Notes under the pieces: model-generated
What the model was told of the DNA's origin: nothing
What the model saw: only the letters and a program-made list of their open reading frames with translations
Database searches by the model: none
From: Hemiscyllium ocellatum
Lineage: Eukaryota
Length of the DNA: 64,000 nt
Assembly: GCF_020745735.1 (NCBI RefSeq)
Contig: NC_083422.1
Span: 18,910,001 to 18,974,000 of the forward strand
Reading direction: 5' to 3'
Shown here: positions 60,813-64,000 of the stretch, one piece after another
Layout of the letters: the number at the start of each line of letters is the position of its first letter
How positions within the stretch are numbered: the first letter of the stretch is position 1
Program-made: the position numbers and the translations under genes

Positions 60813-61315
60813 ATTCTTTCCTTTGTCAGCATTCCCCAGGGATCATTCCCTCCGGGACACCCTGGTCCACTCCTCCCCCACTCCCAACCCCTCCCCACAG
60901 CCCCATGGCACCTCACCATGCGATCATAGAAGGTGTAACACCCAGCCGGTTACCTCCTCCTTCCTCACTGTCCGAGGTCCCAGGTACAACTTCACAGTGG
61001 AGCAGAGATTTACTTGCACTTCACTCAATCCAGTCTGCTGTACTCTCTGCTTACAATGTGGTCACCTCTACAGCAGGGAAATGAAACGCTGACCACTTTG
61101 CAGAGTACCTACATTCTGTCTGTAAAAATCGCCCTGAGCTTCCAGTTGCCTGGCACCTCAGCACACCACTGACCTACCTGGCCAATGTTTTTGTCACAGG
61201 CCTGCTGCAGTGTTCCAGTGAGCCTAAGCACAAGTTCAAAGAACAACATCTCATTTTCCACTTGGTGACCCTGCAGCCACTAGGACCCAATATAAGTTAA
61301 ATAACCTTAGAGCCT
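60813..61315 (+). mobile_element. Penelope-like element remnant, GIY-YIG endonuclease region
   Basis: ORF RDHSLRDTLVHS...CDHRRCNT...FTCTSLNPVCCTLCLQCGHLYSREMKR, a decayed form of FxCxSxNxIYxIxCxxCGxLYIGETKR. Confidence 0.75.
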
Positions 61316-61402
61316 GATTCCATTCCTCAATGTTTTTTACCCTGCCCCACTCCTGTTATGATATGGGATCTTCCAGCAGTCACCCATTGTCATCCACTCT
61401 CA

Positions 61403-61576
61403 GGAGAAAGTGAGGACTGCAGATACTGGAGATCAGAGCTGAAAATGTGTTGCTGGAAAAGCGCAGCAGGCCAGGCAGCATCCAAGGAGCAAGGGCTTAT
61501 GCCCGAAACGTCGAATCTCCTGCTCCTTGGATGCTGCCTGACCTGCTGCGCTTTTCCAGCAACACATTTTCAACTC
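61403..61576. mobile_element. Inverted-repeat (hairpin) mini Penelope-derived insertion with target-site duplication
   Basis: About 55-bp arms gagctgaaaatgtgttgctggaaaagcgcagcagg...ggagca and their reverse complement; direct repeat tcatccactctcagg at 61390-61404 and 61575-61589. Confidence 0.8.
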
Positions 61577-64000
61577 ATCCACTCTCAGGCCTATTCTCAC
61601 ATTGCATGGGTTGCTTTCAGCACAGCCTGCTCCCTCTCTCCTATTCCCAGCTCTCATCATCACTTATTCAGCTTCTTCTAGACCATCAATATTCCCCTTG
61701 TGCACCTACTCCTTTCATTTTTCTCTCTCCTACGCCTCCATCTTCACCTGTCACTCACTTCTTCTCTTCCTCTTCCCCGCCACCAACTTGATCTTCAACA
61801 GAAATGTCATGTTTTCCTCACCGCTATCAGTTCTGATGAAGAGTCACCATACACAAAACATTGTGTCTGCTTTCTTCCCACAGACCTGCTGAGTTTCTCC
61901 AGCACTTTCTGTTTCTGTTTCAGATCTTGAGCATCCACAGTTCTTGGTTTTATTTTTAGTAATCAGGGCTGCTGCCTCCAGGCTTTGATTTTTCTATGAA
62001 CGGCGACTGTTCATGGACCCTGCATAAAACCATCGCTCAGGTACATAGTTACAGAGAAGGTGGTACTTAAATTATTTCAAAAGCTGTTGCATCAGTTGAC
62101 TTTATAAATATTCTACTTTTAGCATCTTTGCCTATGCACTATTTCAGGTTATCATCCTCATTGTAATGAGAAATCTAGCATGTCAATCTTAGAGATTTTT
62201 AACCAGCCTGAGGAGTAATTTGATTCATTTCCTTTCTACTTTATTTTATTGCCAGATTTTGCACACTATTCATATTTGATTTGTTGTTTTTATATATCCT
62301 TGGTAGCTATTGATTTCTCGTTTTATTAACATTCCCTATCTCCAAATGTCTTTTGAAATGATTTGAAAATCTTCTATTGGTTCTATGATCTGCAGTGATA
62401 AATGAGCAAATAAAACAACTGATTTTTGTTTTGATGCCACCATGTGGATTTCGTTGAGCTAAATCAGTGAGATTAAGGCTAAAGGTAAACCTAGTAATGG
62501 AGACCAGTCCTTTGTCTTCCTCATATCAGTTGGAACCATTGAATAATATCCCAAAATGTTGCTAATCTCCAAATTCCATATTTCCCTCTGCCAAGAGACA
62601 ATGAAATGTATGTAACTCTCTTGATATACAGATGCTCAGGGACCTCCCTTTGCAACAGACAGCAATTTGAGAGATGCCAACAATGTTGTTGACTCCAGAT
62701 GGAGCCCTTCAACATGGTCTCCCCAACAGCCATTATAATACTGTCCGTACCCTGCTCTGAACTCAGAGTCTAAAAGGGTTAATATTGAAGTGCTTTAGGT
62801 GGGATCCAGGACAGAGAGGTAGATCAGGGCACATTAACCAACTGCACAGGGCTCCAAGGTACCCGCTGTGCTGGGGTTTGGGGTGGGGCAGAGGAACACC
62901 ACCTGGGCCCATGAATTCTGATCCAGCCCCTGGTTTTAAGTGCTACCTTCTATGATAATGGCATGTGAACTTGTTGGGGAAACAGCTTCGGACCTCATCG
63001 TCTCTGTAACAATGTCCAAGGAAGGTTTTTCAAAAGGTTATTTGGTATTTTCGGATTTGGGAGGTTTATCATTTTGACCACAAGAGGGCTTCCAGGCTGG
63101 CCTTTTTTTTGATGTAATCATGAGCTGGCAGAGAATGTTCTGTCAGAGGTGGTGGGAAATACAGTAAGTTGTGAAAGATGTATTAACACAGTGAACCACA
63201 ACCAACAGGAGGATTATTCATTTTTAAAGCATGACAACATTACTGGGGCTGTCTTTTGAATGGACTTTGATCAGATTTCTTATGTTTAATCTCAACACAG
63301 CAAAACTCAACTGATCTGAAATAGTTACCAGGTAATACTTGTTATGTGGTTCATCTTATAACACACTTACAATAGCTAGAACTGTATTTTTACAGCAGAG
63401 ATGGTTAGAGACCTAATTTATGTTTTTGCTTTAGTTTTGCAAGTTTTTAAAGCTCAATAATTGATTAGTTTCACTCTTTAATATCTCAGTAAGAATGTGG
63501 CATGTACTCAGGTTGATACCATATTAGGAAAATGTTTATAAAACATTTGTTCCTGCAAAGAGTTAAATCAACCACAATGCAAATAATAAGAGCAAATTAG
63601 ATCAACTCAAAAAAACCAAACAAAATATTGTGTAAGTCAACATCAGTGCAGCTTTAATTTACTCTTCCAGCTTTCAACCTATGTGTCTTTTATTTTGGTT
63701 TATCTGTTCGCTGGCAGTGGACATAAGTCACTGTGGAAATTCTAACAAGTTGTGAAATTATTTGCTATCACATCATTTATAACTGATGTCTGTGGGAGGA
63801 ACATTAGTTCTCACTGGTCTGGGTGGATAACATGCCAAACATATATCCAGGTGTTTCTCAGAGGGCTTTGCTCATTCTGTCAAGGTCTTTGATGCTGTTC
63901 AAATGTCAATCTACCAGGCAGCTAGCTCCATGACGACAAATGGAAAGGTTTCGAATTCCTGAAAGCAACACACCATAACAGCATGATTTTCATAGAGTGT

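Overview
Eukaryotic (vertebrate) genomic DNA. HE1-type SINEs, CR1/HER1-type LINEs and Penelope-like repeats point to a shark; an orectolobiform such as a bamboo shark is my inference. The window holds the conserved PDE6C-RBP4-FFAR4 block, arranged as in human. (1) PDE6C (cone cGMP phosphodiesterase) coding exon 1 lies on the minus strand (7279-6803) and the gene runs off the left edge. (2) A complete RBP4 on the plus strand: TATA at 16076, a non-coding exon 1, five coding exons giving 197 aa, a 14-nt last coding exon at 47675 after a 26.7-kb intron, and a polyA signal at 47844. (3) A complete three-exon FFAR4/GPR120 on the minus strand (360 aa), tail-to-tail with RBP4. Two large, strand-skewed minisatellite arrays sit in introns: about 15 kb in RBP4 intron 5 and about 3.2 kb in FFAR4 intron 1, both C-rich on the host sense strand. 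They generate most of the long Pro/His/Thr ORFs, which are spurious. Other notable items are a young Tx1-clade LINE inserted into an HE1 SINE, many short Penelope-derived insertions carrying minimal hammerhead ribozyme cores (some sense-oriented inside FFAR4 introns), four N-glycosylation sequons and an altered TTR interface in RBP4, and a perfect D-box plus an HNF1 site in the RBP4 promoter. Repeat boundaries are approximate and read by eye; no database searches were run.
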